Shown here: in pieces, positions 41,118 to 56,273 of the stretch
Position numbering within the stretch: the first letter of the stretch is position 1
Layout of the letters: each line of letters begins with the position of its first letter
NCBI GenBank assembly: GCA_963775425.1
Contig: CAVZJB010000016.1
Span: forward strand, 864,001-928,000
Direction of reading: 5' to 3'
DNA: 64,000 bases
Source: an uncultured delta proteobacterium
GTDB lineage: Bacteria > Myxococcota > UBA727 > VGSZ01
Translations under genes and position numbers: made by a program
Notes under the pieces: generated by a model
Database searches by the model: none
What the model was told of the DNA's origin: nothing
What the model saw: the letters and a program-made list of their open reading frames with translations, nothing else

Positions 41118-44099
41118 TCAGAAGCCGGTGAGCTTTTCCTTCTCGGCGAAGGGGTCGCCCTTGTTCGAGTAGACCGTCAGCACCTCGCGTTGGGCGAACT
41201 CGTCGTCCTCGCGCGCCACCACCGTGATGACGTTGACGCCGGGCTTGAGCTTGACCGTGTGGCGCAGGACCGCGTTGGTCGGCCCGCGGCTCTTGAGGCT
41301 CTCGAAGTAGACCTTCTGGTCGCCGACGAAGACGTACGCGTCCTTCACCGGGCCGTCGTCGTCGATGTGGGCCTCGACGTTGTAGGTGTCGCCGTCCACC
41401 GTGGCCACGGGGCCGCCGGTGAAGCTGATGCGCGGCGGGTCGCGCCCGTAGACGAAGGAGAGCCCCTGCGGCTCGCCGTCCGCGCCGAGCACGATCTTGC
41501 CGCGCGCCGGCGCCAGGCCGGCCGACGGCACGTAACCGAAGAACGGCCCGAGCTTCACGCGCACGAAGCCGTTCACCTCGGCCACCGCGTCGAAGCGGGT
41601 GCCCGGCGCCGCCTTGGCGATCACCGCGCTCGTCGACTCCGCCGCCGCCAGCACCGACGCGCCCGCGTTGGCCTCAACGACCCCGCGCTTGCGCTTGACG
41701 GTCTCCTTCACGCTCTTGATCGGGAACTGCAAGCGCTCCACGAGCACGTCGCCGGTGACGGCGTCGAACACCTGCAGCCGCAGGTCGACCTTGTCGGCCT
41801 TGGTGTCGTGGTTGGGCTGCACCTTGAACGCGAAGCGGGCGACGCCGGAGCTGTCGGGCTTGAGCGCGTCGAGCTTCTGGCGGCCGGTCTCGATGAACGT
41901 CTCCGCGCCGCCGAGGTTCTTCAACAGCGCCGTGGGCTCCTCGGACACGCCGGCGCCGGTGTTCTTGATGCTCACCACGAGGTCCACGCTCTCGCCGTCC
42001 TGCAGCAGGCCGTCGCCGTTTCCGCCGCGGGCGTCGTCGATGAAGAGCGCGTACGAGAAGCGCGGCCGCGGGATGCCGTTGATGGTGACCGGGATGTCGA
42101 GGGTGCCGAGGGACCGCTCGTCATCGGCGAAGCTCAGGCGCACGAGATCACGCCGGGCCTGCAGCTCCTTCGGCACCTTCATGTTCACGGTCCACTGGCG
42201 GGCCTCGCCGGGCGCGAGCTTGCCGTAGAGGAACTCGTGGTCGGAGAAGAGGCCCATGGTGGCCTCGGTGTTGGCGCGCACCCGGTACAGCGGAGCCGCG
42301 CCGGCGTTCTTGGCCTGCACCACGAGCTTCAGGGTACCTCCGGCGTCGACGGGCTCCGCCGACACCACGTTCATGGCCAGCTTGCCGTTCTGGTCGGGCC
42401 CGCGGGTCCAATCGACGCCGAGCTTCATGAGCGCGTCGTCGATCTTCTTCTCCTCTTCATTGGTGATGCTGTCGATGGCGGGCTTCACGCCGTCGAGCAT
42501 CTGATCGTGCGACGCCACCGGCGCCTGCGTGAGCAGGCGGCGGCAGAGCCGGATCTCGAAGTCCTCGTGGAACTTGGACGAGGCGTCGCGGCGCTCCTGC
42601 TCGTCGGCGCTCACCTCTTCGGCGAGGTAGGCGAGCTTGTAGCGCGAGACGTGCTTCTTGATGCGCGAGTCGTCGAGGTGGCGGTCGAGGTCCTCCTCGC
42701 GCGTGTGCTCGTCGGGCAGGATGTTCAGGTCGTCGACGTCGTGGGCGAGGATGGGCGTGATCTGCACGTCCGGGGTGATGCCGACGCTCTGGATGCTCTC
42801 GTCGCCCGGCGTCAGGTACTGGCCGATGGTGAGCTTCAAAGAGCTCTGGTCGGGGAAGTCATAGAGCTGCTGGACGGATCCTTTTCCGAAGGTCTGGTCG
42901 CCCACGATGATGGCGCGGCCGCGGTTCTTCATGGCGCCCGCCACGATCTCCGACGCCGACGCCGAGCCGCCGTTCACCAGCACCACGAGCGGCAGGTCGA
43001 TCTTGCCTTGCTTGTTCTGCGCGCGGATCTCGCGGCGCTCACCGCCGGTGCCGCCCTCCTGGGTGACGACGATGACGCCGTCGTGCAGGAAGAGGTTGCT
43101 CACCTCCACGGCCTGGTCGAGGAGGCCGCCGGGGTTGTTGCGCAGGTCGAGCACGAGCCCGGACAGGTGCGTCTTCGCCTCCTTCTCCATGTCTGCGACG
43201 GCGGCGGCGACGTCGTCGGCGGTGTGCCCCTGGAACTGCTTGATCTTCACGTAGCCGAGCTTGGGCCCGGGCGTGCCGTCCGCGTTCGCGGGAGAGTCGA
43301 GGAGCTGGTGGGTGACGCTGTCGACGCGGATGGTGTCGCGCACGATCTCGAAGCGCTGCGCCTCCTCCCAGCCCTTGCGCATGATCCAGATGATGACGCT
43401 GGTGCCGGGCTTTCCGCGCAGCCGCTCGACGGCCTCGTCGAGGCCCATGTTCACCGTGGACTCTTCGCCGATCTTCACGATCTTGTCCTGCGCCTTGACG
43501 CCGGCGCGGTCGGCGGGCGTGCCGTCGATGGGGGAGATGACGGTGAGGGCGCCGTCGCGGATGGAGATGACGATGCCGAGGCCGCCGAACTCGCCCTTGG
43601 TGTTGAGCTTCATCTCCTGGGAGAAGCGCGGCTCGAGCAACACCGAGTGCGGGTCGAGCTTGGAGAGCATTCCGTTGACGGCGGCGTACTCGACGTCGCG
43701 GCGATCGACCTCGGGCGAGATGCGCGTCTCGAGGAACCGGAACACGTCGCGGAGCTTGAACGACAGCTCCCACAGCGACGTGACGTCGTCGAGCGGGAAC
43801 GTGCGCGTCTCGCTCCCGACCGTGACCACCACCTCGTTCTTCTCGTCCTCGACGAGCACCTCGGGCACGCTCTTTTCGACGGCGTCGAGGGACGCCAGGA
43901 GCATCTCCTTCGGGCGGATGCGCTGCGGCTCGACGTACTGCTCCTTCACGAGCAGCACCACGCGGTTGAACACGCGCAGCGAGGACAGCCGGTAGTCGGG
44001 ATCGACGTCGTTGGCGTGCGCTTCCGTGGAAGCCGCAACGAACGCAATTCCGGTCGCGAGCGTGAGCGTCGAGACCGCGAGGAGGAGAGCCTTCCGCAT
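41118..44099 (-). CDS. Large exported S41 (CtpA-type) carboxy-terminal peptidase with PDZ and C-terminal beta domains
   Basis: [13 protein letters not shown] (PDZ), [33 protein letters not shown]; signal peptide. Confidence 0.92.
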   Translation of the reverse strand: MRKALLLAVSTLTLATGIAFVAASTEAHANDVDPDYRLSSLRVFNRVVLLVKEQYVEPQRIRPKEMLLASLDAVEKSVPEVLVEDEKNEVVVTVGSETRTFPLDDVTSLWELSFKLRDVFRFLETRISPEVDRRDVEYAAVNGMLSKLDPHSVLLEPRFSQEMKLNTKGEFGGLGIVISIRDGALTVISPIDGTPADRAGVKAQDKIVKIGEESTVNMGLDEAVERLRGKPGTSVIIWIMRKGWEEAQRFEIVRDTIRVDSVTHQLLDSPANADGTPGPKLGYVKIKQFQGHTADDVAAAVADMEKEAKTHLSGLVLDLRNNPGGLLDQAVEVSNLFLHDGVIVVTQEGGTGGERREIRAQNKQGKIDLPLVVLVNGGSASASEIVAGAMKNRGRAIIVGDQTFGKGSVQQLYDFPDQSSLKLTIGQYLTPGDESIQSVGITPDVQITPILAHDVDDLNILPDEHTREEDLDRHLDDSRIKKHVSRYKLAYLAEEVSADEQERRDASSKFHEDFEIRLCRRLLTQAPVASHDQMLDGVKPAIDSITNEEEKKIDDALMKLGVDWTRGPDQNGKLAMNVVSAEPVDAGGTLKLVVQAKNAGAAPLYRVRANTEATMGLFSDHEFLYGKLAPGEARQWTVNMKVPKELQARRDLVRLSFADDERSLGTLDIPVTINGIPRPRFSYALFIDDARGGNGDGLLQDGESVDLVVSIKNTGAGVSEEPTALLKNLGGAETFIETGRQKLDALKPDSSGVARFAFKVQPNHDTKADKVDLRLQVFDAVTGDVLVERLQFPIKSVKETVKRKRGVVEANAGASVLAAAESTSAVIAKAAPGTRFDAVAEVNGFVRVKLGPFFGYVPSAGLAPARGKIVLGADGEPQGLSFVYGRDPPRISFTGGPVATVDGDTYNVEAHIDDDGPVKDAYVFVGDQKVYFESLKSRGPTNAVLRHTVKLKPGVNVITVVAREDDEFAQREVLTVYSNKGDPFAEKEKLTGF

Positions 44100-44215
44100 G
44101 ACTGTGAACGTAAGGTCTCTCCCCGTGTTGCAGCAAGCCGACGACGGGCATCGACGTTCCGTCGGTGCGTACACACGGCACGCGCAGGCCGCCTGACACC
44201 TCCTGTGTGTTGCTG

Positions 44216-44371
44216 CCCGGCTCTTCCCGGGGATCGGCTCTTGCCGGGGATCGGCTCTTCCGGGGCGGATCGGGCTCGTCGCCGGGGGGCGGCCGGCTCT
44301 CCCGGGGGGGCGATCCTCTCGTCCCGCGGGGGATCGGCTTTGCCCGGGATCGGCTATTCCCGGGGGGATCG
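44216..44371. repeat. Degenerate ~17-22-nt tandem repeat (CCGGGGATCGGCTCTT-like)
   Basis: Several near-copies of ccggggatcggctctt interleaved with decayed units. Confidence 0.7.
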
Positions 44372-46155
44372 TTCTGTTCGGGCGCCGGCGGCGACGGCGC
44401 GCTCGGCTCCGACGTCTCCTCGGGCTCGGGGTGCGCGACGCCGTTGACGCCGTTGCCGTCGGGGTGCGCCGATGTAGGCGCGGGCTGCACGGCCGGATCG
44501 GGGGGCGCGGCCTCGGCAGGCGCGGCCTCGGGCGGCGCGGCGGGCGCGGCCTCGGGCGGCGCGGCGGGCGCGGCCTCGGCCGGAGCGGCCTCTTGCGGCG
44601 CGGCGGGCTCGGGCGGCGCGGCATCGGCGGGCGCGGCATCGGGGGGCGCGGCCTCGGCGGGCGCGGCCTCGGCGGGCGCGTCCTCAGGGGCGGCCGGCGG
44701 CGCGGCCTCAGGGGCCGCGGGCGGCGCCGCGTCTGCCGGAGCTGTCGAGACGGGCGCGTGATCCGCCGGCTGCGGCGGCTCGGTCACGGGCGGCGGCGCG
44801 GGCGGCGCCGGCGGCTCCTGCGTCTGCTGGTGCGCCTGCTCGTCTTCCGCGTTGGCGGCGGCGATGTCGGCGGCGGAGATCGGTTGGGTCGTGCGGCCCG
44901 CGTCGTCGATCACCTGCTGCGCCTGCACCTCTTGCGTGCCGTCCGGCGTCGCCGCCACCGGCACGAGGGACTCGATCTGCGCGATGGAGACCTCTTGCGT
45001 GTGCGCCGGCGCCTGGAAGTCGTGCGCCTCGGCCTCGATCTGCGCGATCGAGACCTCCTGCGTCACCCCGGGCGGCGGCGGTGGCGCGGCCGCGTCCGTC
45101 GGCGGCACCGGGCCCGACTGCTCGGGCACCGGCGGAGCCGTGTCGCTCTCGGGCGGCAGGTCCGCGAGGCTCATCACCTTGGTGATCGACTGGAGGCGCT
45201 GCTCCGGGACCTCTTCGCCGTCGAGGTACGCGGGCTTCGGGTTGCGCCCGCGGGTGAGCGCCGCCTCCATGGACGCCTGGAGCCACGCCTTCCAGCGCGC
45301 GCGCGACTCCTCGGCCTCGCCGTTTTTCACCTCGGCGAGCTGGCCGATCGCCTGCGTGAGGGTGCCGCGCTCCGGGCTGCCGGTGGTGAACGCCTCGCCG
45401 AGGCGGTTGGCCACGCCGACGATCCACGTCACCGCCGTCTGCGTCTTCTCGACGAAGCCGGCCTGATCGAAGTGGGGGCCGCGCGCCTCGTGATCGCTCA
45501 TCGAGAGAGACGGCGGCATCGCCCCCGCGGCGCCGCGCGCGTCGGCGAGGGGCCCGAGCTCGGCGGCGAGACCCTTGAGCCAGCGCCCGAGGGCGGCCTC
45601 TCCCGGGCCGCTGCCGTAGACGCGCTTGAGCGCGCGATCGACGTGCTGGAGCGCGCGCTTGTTGGCGTCGACGTCGGCGAGCTCCAGGACCGGCTTCCAT
45701 TCGTGCTCGAGGTGACCGGGCACCGCCGACTGCAGCCACAGCCGCGCCTGCGCCCGCTCCACCGCCGCGCGCTGCGGCCCCTGCAACGACGCCGTGAGCA
45801 CGCCGACCTTCTCCTCGAGCATCTCGTGCGACAGCACGCCGATCCCGAGGGCGAGCCGGGCGAGGGGCCCGACGGCCGCGTCGTCCGGCGACAGGAGCTG
45901 GATGATCACGTCGAGGTGCGGCTGGCCTGGCGTGGGCGCGAGCAGCTTCTGCCAGCGCGCGGCCTCGCCGCCGCGGGAGAAGAGCCTGCGCAGCCACGAC
46001 ATCCCGCGGCGCTCGTTCTCGGGGAGGCCCGCGAGGGCGGCGCCGAGGGCGACGAGAGCTGGACGACGTCCAATCGCCTCACCCGGCAGAGGGTGTAAAC
46101 CCTCCGCAAAGCGCAAGCGTCGCGCGAAAGCAAGATGGAGGAAGAGGTCCGCCAT
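44354..46155 (-). CDS. Hypothetical protein (possible zinc-dependent phospholipase C-like N-terminus) with acidic Pro/Ala tail; end inferred
   Basis: MADLFLH start, later SHEMLE; TQEV repeats and AAPPE repeats; as given the frame runs into the S41 gene, while adding one base in the G run at 44362-44367 brings TAG 44354-44356 in frame. Confidence 0.55.
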
Positions 46156-46271
46156 GCCCGTCGCGCCAATCTAGACCCGAATGGCGGCTGGCACCAAGCA
46201 CATGACGGAGGTGCGACACAAACCCATCGGAAGCTTGCGTGACCCGGGGGGCCTGGTAGCGTCCGCCCCCC

Positions 46272-47861
<1,590 letters not shown>

Positions 47862-47990
47862 CGACACAGATGTCGCGGTTGTCACCGGCGCTCGCGCGCA
47901 ACTCCCTGGAATTGCGTAGATGTGGTGGTTGGCGCGGCGGGTGCTGAAGGGCAGGCGTCGCCTTTCGAGGCCGTAATCGTAGATGGAATG

Positions 47991-48022
47991 AGCAAAAGAG
48001 GCCCTTGCGGCCTCTTTTGCTT
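47991..48022. terminator. Perfect 13-bp hairpin, likely intrinsic (possibly bidirectional) terminator between pepA and rho
   Basis: AGCAAAAGAGGCC-CTTGC-GGCCTCTTTTGCT followed by T-rich bases. Confidence 0.7.
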
Positions 48023-48162
48023 TGCTACACAAGCAGCGGCGGCGACGCCTTCTTCCGTTCGCCCCGACAGAGCCAGTCAACGGCGCCCTTCAACGGCCTC
48101 CCGTGCCCCCAAGCCGCACCCGCGCAAGACAGGGCACGTCGCGAGAAAACCCCCAGAGAACC

Positions 48163-49518
48163 ATGACGACCGACGAGACCCAACAGCACCGCCCCCGTCC
48201 CCAACAACAGCCGCCGCCGCGCCCGCAGGGCCCGCAGGCGCCCACGGTGAACCCGGACGTGGCGCCGGTCGATTTGTCGGCTTTGAAGCAGTCGAAGATC
48301 CCCGAGCTGCACGCCATGGCCTCGGAGAACGCCATCGAGCTGTCGTCGGGAAACCTGCGCAAGCAGGACGTCATCTTCGAGATCCTCCGGTGGCAGAGCG
48401 ACCAGTCGGGCGCCATCGTCGGCGCCGGCGTCCTCGAGACGACCAACGAGGGCTACGGCTTCCTGCGGGAGCCCGCCTACAACTACGAGCCCTCGCCGGA
48501 CGACATTTATGTCGCGCCTTCGATCATCCGCGGCCACGGCCTGCGGACGGGCGACACCCTGGTCGGGCTGGTGCGCCCGCCCACGGAGAAGGAGCGCTAC
48601 TACTCCCTCTACAAGGTCGAGAAGGTCAACGGGCTGCCGGCGGCGGACGCCAAGGCCAAGATCCCCTTCGAGAACCTCACGCCGCTGTTCCCCGAGGAGC
48701 GCTTCAAGCTCGAGACCAAGGCGGGGAACTTCTCCACGCGCATCATCGACCTGCTCTGCCCCATCGGCAAAGGCCAGCGCGCGCTCATCGTGTCGCCGCC
48801 CCGCGCCGGCAAGACGGTGCTGATGCAGGACGTCGCCAACGCCATCACCGCCAACCACCCGGAGGCCACCCTCATCGTGCTGCTCGTCGACGAGCGCCCC
48901 GAGGAGGTCACCGACATGCAGCGGAACATCAAGGGCGAGGTGATCTCCTCCACCTTCGACGAGCCGCCCACGCGCCACGTGCAGGTGGCCGAGATGGTGA
49001 TCGAGAAGGCCAAGCGCCTCGTGGAGCAGAAGAAGGACGTCGTCATCCTCCTCGACTCCATCACGCGCCTCGGCCGCGCCTACAACGCCGTGGTGCCCGC
49101 GTCCGGCAAGATCCTCTCCGGCGGCGTCGACAGCAACGCGCTTCAAAAGCCCAAGCGCTTCTTCGGCGCGGCGAGAAACGTCGAGGAGGGCGGCTCTTTG
49201 ACCATCATCGCCACCGCGCTCATCGACACGGGCTCGCGCATGGACGAGGTGATCTTCGAGGAGTTCAAGGGCACCGGCAACAGCGAGGTCGTCCTCGACC
49301 GGAAGCTCATGGAGAAGCGCATCTTCCCCTGCCTCGACATCAACAAGTCGGGCACGCGCAAGGAGGAGCTGCTCCTCGGCGAGGCCATCGTGAACCGCGT
49401 GTGGATCCTGCGCCAGCTCCTGCATCCGCTGAACGTCATCGACTCCATGGAGTTCCTGCTGTCCCGCATGAAGGGCACCAAGTCGAACCAGGAGTTCCTC
49501 GACTCGATGAGCGCCTGA
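48163..49518 (+). CDS. rho: Transcription termination factor Rho
   Basis: GYGFLR, DDIYV, PIGKGQR...[44 protein letters not shown]. Confidence 0.98.
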   Translation: MTTDETQQHRPRPQQQPPPRPQGPQAPTVNPDVAPVDLSALKQSKIPELHAMASENAIELSSGNLRKQDVIFEILRWQSDQSGAIVGAGVLETTNEGYGFLREPAYNYEPSPDDIYVAPSIIRGHGLRTGDTLVGLVRPPTEKERYYSLYKVEKVNGLPAADAKAKIPFENLTPLFPEERFKLETKAGNFSTRIIDLLCPIGKGQRALIVSPPRAGKTVLMQDVANAITANHPEATLIVLLVDERPEEVTDMQRNIKGEVISSTFDEPPTRHVQVAEMVIEKAKRLVEQKKDVVILLDSITRLGRAYNAVVPASGKILSGGVDSNALQKPKRFFGAARNVEEGGSLTIIATALIDTGSRMDEVIFEEFKGTGNSEVVLDRKLMEKRIFPCLDINKSGTRKEELLLGEAIVNRVWILRQLLHPLNVIDSMEFLLSRMKGTKSNQEFLDSMSA

Positions 49519-49581
49519 CGCGTCACGGGCCGGAGCGCGCGCGCCGCCCCCCGGCGAGCGCGCCGCGCCTCCGGGCGTCCG

Positions 49582-51675
<2,094 letters not shown>

Positions 51676-51797
51676 GCGAGCATAGCGCGCGCCCGTCGGA
51701 ATTCCCGATGTGCGCGCAATGCCTACGCGGCAGATCGACGTCGAGGACGTTAGAATTTGGCGTGTTTGCCTCGGTCCTGCCTCGTCGCCCGGAGCGC

Positions 51798-52490
51798 ATG
51801 GGCTTCGCCAGCTTGTGCGCTGTGATGGCGCTCGGCATCGCGACACCCGAGGCCCAGCCCGCCCCGGCCATCGACATCATCGCGCGCGGGGCGCACCCGG
51901 CCTCGGTGCACGCGGTGCGGAGCCTGTTGAGCGAGATGCGCATCGCCCCTCGCCTGCGCGACCGCCTGCGCGACGCGCGGCTCTCCATCATCATCGTGCC
52001 GCGCCGCGTGCCCCTCACCGACGTCCCCCAATTCGCCTCCCTGCGCGGCCACCGCACCTTCGACGGCCGGCTCTGGGATCGCGTGCGCGGCACGGGCGGC
52101 GTGCGGCTCGCGAACGGCCGCGTCGGCGTCGCCATCCCCGAGGAGAACCTGTTCGGGTTCGCCGACGACGCGTACCCGTCGCTGGCCATCGCCGTCCACG
52201 AGATCGCGCACGCCATCCACGATCGCGTCCTCACGGACGACGACCGCCGCGCCGTCGCCGCCGCCTACGGCGCGCGTCTTCGGAGCGGCGCCCCCTTCAC
52301 CGACGCCTACGCGCGGAGCAACGTGCGCGAATACTTCGCCGAGGGCGCCAACGCGTTCTTCGGCCGGTGGCCGAACCGCGCCTACCGCGACGCTTCGTGG
52401 CTCTACGCCCACGACCGCGCCCTGTACGCCATCATGGTCCACGTCTTCGGCCCGCCCCGGCGCGCCCCCGTCGGCGTCGGCAGCGCCTGA
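51798..52490 (+). CDS. Exported HExxH zinc metallopeptidase (lethal-factor/Mlc-titration-factor-like)
   Basis: Signal peptide; AVHEIAHAIH; YARSNVREYFAE. Confidence 0.75.
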   Translation: MGFASLCAVMALGIATPEAQPAPAIDIIARGAHPASVHAVRSLLSEMRIAPRLRDRLRDARLSIIIVPRRVPLTDVPQFASLRGHRTFDGRLWDRVRGTGGVRLANGRVGVAIPEENLFGFADDAYPSLAIAVHEIAHAIHDRVLTDDDRRAVAAAYGARLRSGAPFTDAYARSNVREYFAEGANAFFGRWPNRAYRDASWLYAHDRALYAIMVHVFGPPRRAPVGVGSA

Positions 52491-52513
52491 GCGGACCCGT
52501 CGGCGCGCGGCGA

Positions 52514-53788
52514 TCAAGCGCGCACCGTGAGGGCGAGCCCGACGCCTGACGCGCGCGACCACGTCGACAACAGCGCCATCTCCTCCGCCGTGGGCGCGCG
52601 ATTCGCCAAGCCCTTTACCTGCACGACGACGCGCTTGGGCAACGCCACCTCGATGGTGACGCCCGTGTCCCCGCCGTCGGGCGCGGCCGAAAAGATCGCG
52701 CACGTGCCGCGCGCCACGCGCTCGGCGTACATCGCCACGCAGTGCCGCATGCGCGCGCCCTCGTCTTGCAGCGCGATGCCGCTGTCGATCTCCCGCACCG
52801 CCCACGTGCGCCCGGTCTCGGCGAGGCCGAACACGCCGCCGGCGACGCCCGAAGGCGGAAACGGCCCGAGGTACCGGGAGGGCGTCATGAACCGCGGCAC
52901 CTCGCGGCGCGCGATCTCGACGACGCTCGCCGCGGTCCGCCCCGCGAACGAGAAGGCGACGTCGACGCGACGGCGGTGCGCGACGAACCGGCACACGTCG
53001 ACGAGCTCGGCGTACTCGAGGCGAACCCGCGCGAGAAACGTGAGGAAGCGCGTGATCAGCGCCTCCTCCGCCGCGTCACCGAACGTGTCCATGGCGAGGT
53101 GGCCCGCCGCGACGCCGGCGACCGCAGGGTCGATGCGCGCGGCCGCGGCCTGCGCCTGCCGCACGGCGATGCGCGGACCGGACGACGACGACGTCGCCAG
53201 CGCGTGCGCGACCGCGCGCGTGACGACGACCGGGAGGCCGGCGTCCACGTAGCTGTCGCCCTGGGCGACGTGTGGGTAGATGAACGGCGGCGGCGCGTCG
53301 GCGTCGCCGCGCGGCGCCATCGCCGACGGCGGATGGATCATCGTCGACGTCGTCCAACGAGGCACCGGGTAGTGCGCGAACAGGTGGTGAAGCCACTCGA
53401 AGAGCTGCTCGCGTCCGCTGCTCGCGCGCGGCGCGTACGAGTCCACCGACCGCACGAAGCGACCGTGATGGAACGCGGCGCGCGCGAGGACACACGCGCC
53501 AATCTCTCTTCGGTGCGTTCGGGTGGTGAGCGCGTCGGGGCTGACGACGGCGGCGTGTGCGAGGACGCGGCGGGCGGCGGCGACGACGTCGTCGGGCTGC
53601 CCGTTCATCCAGGCGCGGGCCGCGGCAAAGCCGCGCAGGCGCGACGGCAGCGTGTGCTCATCGAGCAGCGCGTCGACGAGCGCCGCCTTTCCTCGGGCGC
53701 GCGCGCCGCGGCGGCCGGTGAAGCGGGGATCGCGGGGGTGGGTGGGCGGACGCGCGTCGGCGCGCCGCGGGAGGTGACGGCGTGACAT
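52514..53788 (-). CDS. PcfJ-like domain protein
   Basis: HLFAHYPVPRW; LQDEGARMRHCVAMY; TIEV...QVKGLANRAP. Confidence 0.8.
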   Translation of the reverse strand: MSRRHLPRRADARPPTHPRDPRFTGRRGARARGKAALVDALLDEHTLPSRLRGFAAARAWMNGQPDDVVAAARRVLAHAAVVSPDALTTRTHRREIGACVLARAAFHHGRFVRSVDSYAPRASSGREQLFEWLHHLFAHYPVPRWTTSTMIHPPSAMAPRGDADAPPPFIYPHVAQGDSYVDAGLPVVVTRAVAHALATSSSSGPRIAVRQAQAAAARIDPAVAGVAAGHLAMDTFGDAAEEALITRFLTFLARVRLEYAELVDVCRFVAHRRRVDVAFSFAGRTAASVVEIARREVPRFMTPSRYLGPFPPSGVAGGVFGLAETGRTWAVREIDSGIALQDEGARMRHCVAMYAERVARGTCAIFSAAPDGGDTGVTIEVALPKRVVVQVKGLANRAPTAEEMALLSTWSRASGVGLALTVRA

Positions 53789-53841
53789 GGGGACCTCGTC
53801 GCTCTTGTGTGGAACGCAGCCGGTGTCGTCGTCGGAGACGA

Positions 53842-53883
53842 CTACCGGGAGGCGGGCAGCACGGCGAAGGCGAGGGAGCTCAT
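53842..53883 (-). promoter_or_regulatory. Possible leader peptide (MSSLAFAVLPASR) upstream of the PcfJ-like gene
   Basis: 13-codon uORF whose stop lies inside a CCGGT-GTCGTC...GACGAC-ACCGG hairpin, 53 nt upstream of the PcfJ-like start. Confidence 0.35.
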
Positions 53884-53927
53884 GGCGTCATGGGACGCGC
53901 CCCGCCCGCGACGCATTCAAGGGCGGG

Positions 53928-55254
53928 TCAGTCCGCGAGCCGCTCGATGGGCGGGGGGGACCACCGGCCGTCGAGGACCTCGTCGCGAGGCCAGTACATG
54001 CGCAGCACCACGTTGAACGGGCCCGCCGGCGCCGGCAGCCAATTCGCCTCGCGCGACGCGCCCGGTGAATCGTGCTGGAGCGCCAGGTCGAGCAATCCGT
54101 CTTCGTTCCGGACGAGGGCGTCGCGGTCGCCGAGGACGCAGCGCCCGGCGGCGTTGTCGACGAGGTACTGGCGCTCGTCGTACATCGTGAGCGACCAGAA
54201 CGCGCGCACCGGCGGGGTGCGCCCGGGCGCGAAGTGGACGACGTAGCGGTGGACGCCGTCGAGCGCCCGTCCGTCGGAGTCGACCGCCGCGCGCGCGTAG
54301 ACGGCGTCGGCCGGGAGGTTGGCGCCGAGGCCGAAGCAGGCGACGGCGGCGCGCTTGTCGTAGTCGGTGCCCCAGCGGCCGAGGTCCCTCGCGAGGGACC
54401 AGCCGTTGACCGTTGCGCCGAGCGCCTCCCGCCCGCGGTCGATCCGCTCGAGGGCCTCCGCCACGCCCTCGCCGAGCTCGCCGGCGATCCCCGCAGGCGG
54501 GGCGAAGGATCCCGCGCGCGAGCCCGAGGCGCGCGAAGCGGGCGAGGACGGGCGCGTCCGCCCGCGCCGGCGGGTTCGCGACGAGGAGCGCGGCCAGGCG
54601 CCGGAAGAACGCGAGCGGCTCCATCAGGGCGACCTGCTCGGGCGGCGGGCGCGTGACGTCGACGCCAGGGTCCACAGGCGGCATCTCGTCGCCGCGGCCG
54701 CGGCCGCGCCACGCCGACAGCGGCGCGAGCGCGAGGGCGTCCTGGAAGCGGTGGACGGCGTCGTAGTCGGCCTTGCCGTTGGTCTGCGTGCGGCCGATGA
54801 CCCAGGCCATCGCCGTCGGCGAGCGCAGCACCTCGTCGACGCCGGGCGGCACGGGCCCCGCGAAGTCCGGCGCCACGATCGCGAAGGTGCGCGCCGCCTC
54901 GCCGGTCGTTCGCGTCCCCGGGGACGCGAACACGTCCGTCCAGGCCGACAGGATGGGCATGAGGAAGTAGCGGCCGCGGCTCGGCGGGACGGCGAGGATC
55001 ACGGGCTCGGCCTGCACGTCGAGCCACGCCATCGAGTAGAGCGTGTCCGCGTTCGGGCTCACCACCGACGTGAACGACGCGCCCGGGAACGCTCGCATGT
55101 GGATGAAGCGGTTGGTGCGCGCGCCCCCGAACGGGCCCTCGAGGTTCTGCGTCACGTCGCGCGTGACGTCCATCAGCACGAGCGGGTAGCCGTAGATGAA
55201 GGCGTCGGCCACGAGCTCGACGGTGTCCACGGGGGTGTGCTCGCTCGCGCGCAT
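53928..55254 (-). CDS. DUF1254/DUF1214 protein with an apparent 1-nt frameshift near 54512
   Basis: AFIYGYPLV, PNADTLYS.AWLD (DUF1254) in one frame; GTDY..RA, PPVRAFWSLTMY, NWLPAP...LRMYWP (DUF1214) in another. Confidence 0.85.
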
Positions 55255-55312
55255 GGGACCTCCTCCGAGATCGATAGCGACCGCCGTGCCGGGATCGCGG
55301 CGAGCCGGTGAT

Positions 55313-56191
55313 CTACTTGCCCGACGGCTGCGCGAGCGAGACGAAGGGCGACGCGCGGTCGCCGGTGACCTGCGGCAGCCGCCCGTCCCACTTCTCGAGC
55401 GTCTTCTCCGTCAAGCGGTACCGCGCGAGCTCGGGGCTGATGGAGTGGGCGATGATGCCGTTGGCGTCCGCCTCGCCCTGCGCGCGCAGCTTCGTGGCCT
55501 CCGCCTCGCCCCGGGCCTCCTCGATCTTCTGCTGCGCCACCGCTTTGGTCTCGCGCAGCTTGTTCTCGGCGGCGATGGCCTGCTGCGTCGTGGCGATCTT
55601 CTCGTCGATGCGCTGCTTGATGCTCGCCGGCACGCGGATATCGTTGATGAGCGCGAACGTGTCGACGGTGAAGCCCTCGGGCTCGAGGCGGTCCTTGATG
55701 GCCTTGGCGGCCTCGTCCTCGAACCTGGCGCGGCCCTCGCCGACGATCTCGTCGACGGTCATGCTCGCCGACGCCCGGGCGAGCGAGTCGCGCACGATGT
55801 CGCGGATCACGCCGTCCTTCAGGGTCTCCATCTGCTGGCGGTACTTGGTGTACACGCGCGGCGCCTGCGACTCCTTCATGTGGAAGGCGAGGCTGGCGTC
55901 GGTGTTGAGGGACACGCCCTCACGCGTGTTGATGGTGAAGCTGTCGTCGTTGGGGGAGCCCTCGGTCGGCGACTTGGTCCACACCACGCGGACCACGCGC
56001 ACCGGGTAGACGACGATGGCGGTGGAGTACGGGTTGTACCAGACGCGTCCCACCTTCACGTCCGCCGACGTCACCTCACGATGGTCGCCGGTCTTGTCGA
56101 TGACGATGCCCACGTAGCCCGGCTCGATGAGCGTGCACGCGCACGACGACAAGGGAAGGACGGCGAGGACGGAAAAGAGCGCGGCGCGCAT
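55313..56191 (-). CDS. SPFH/band 7 (prohibitin-like) protein
   Basis: IEPGYVGIV, IEEARGEAEA...AQGEADAN, EKWDGRLP. Confidence 0.85.
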   Translation of the reverse strand: MRAALFSVLAVLPLSSCACTLIEPGYVGIVIDKTGDHREVTSADVKVGRVWYNPYSTAIVVYPVRVVRVVWTKSPTEGSPNDDSFTINTREGVSLNTDASLAFHMKESQAPRVYTKYRQQMETLKDGVIRDIVRDSLARASASMTVDEIVGEGRARFEDEAAKAIKDRLEPEGFTVDTFALINDIRVPASIKQRIDEKIATTQQAIAAENKLRETKAVAQQKIEEARGEAEATKLRAQGEADANGIIAHSISPELARYRLTEKTLEKWDGRLPQVTGDRASPFVSLAQPSGK

Positions 56192-56273
56192 GGTGACCTC
56201 CAGTTGGGATCACCGTACGCGCCGCCTCGTTCCAAAGCTGAGCGACGTTTGCACCCGCCGCCTGCCCGTGGCC

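Noticed and set aside
43039-46155. 1038-aa ORF overlapping the S41 peptidase by about 1 kb
   Set aside because: The overlap part is Arg-rich off-frame sequence; better explained by a missing base near 44365.
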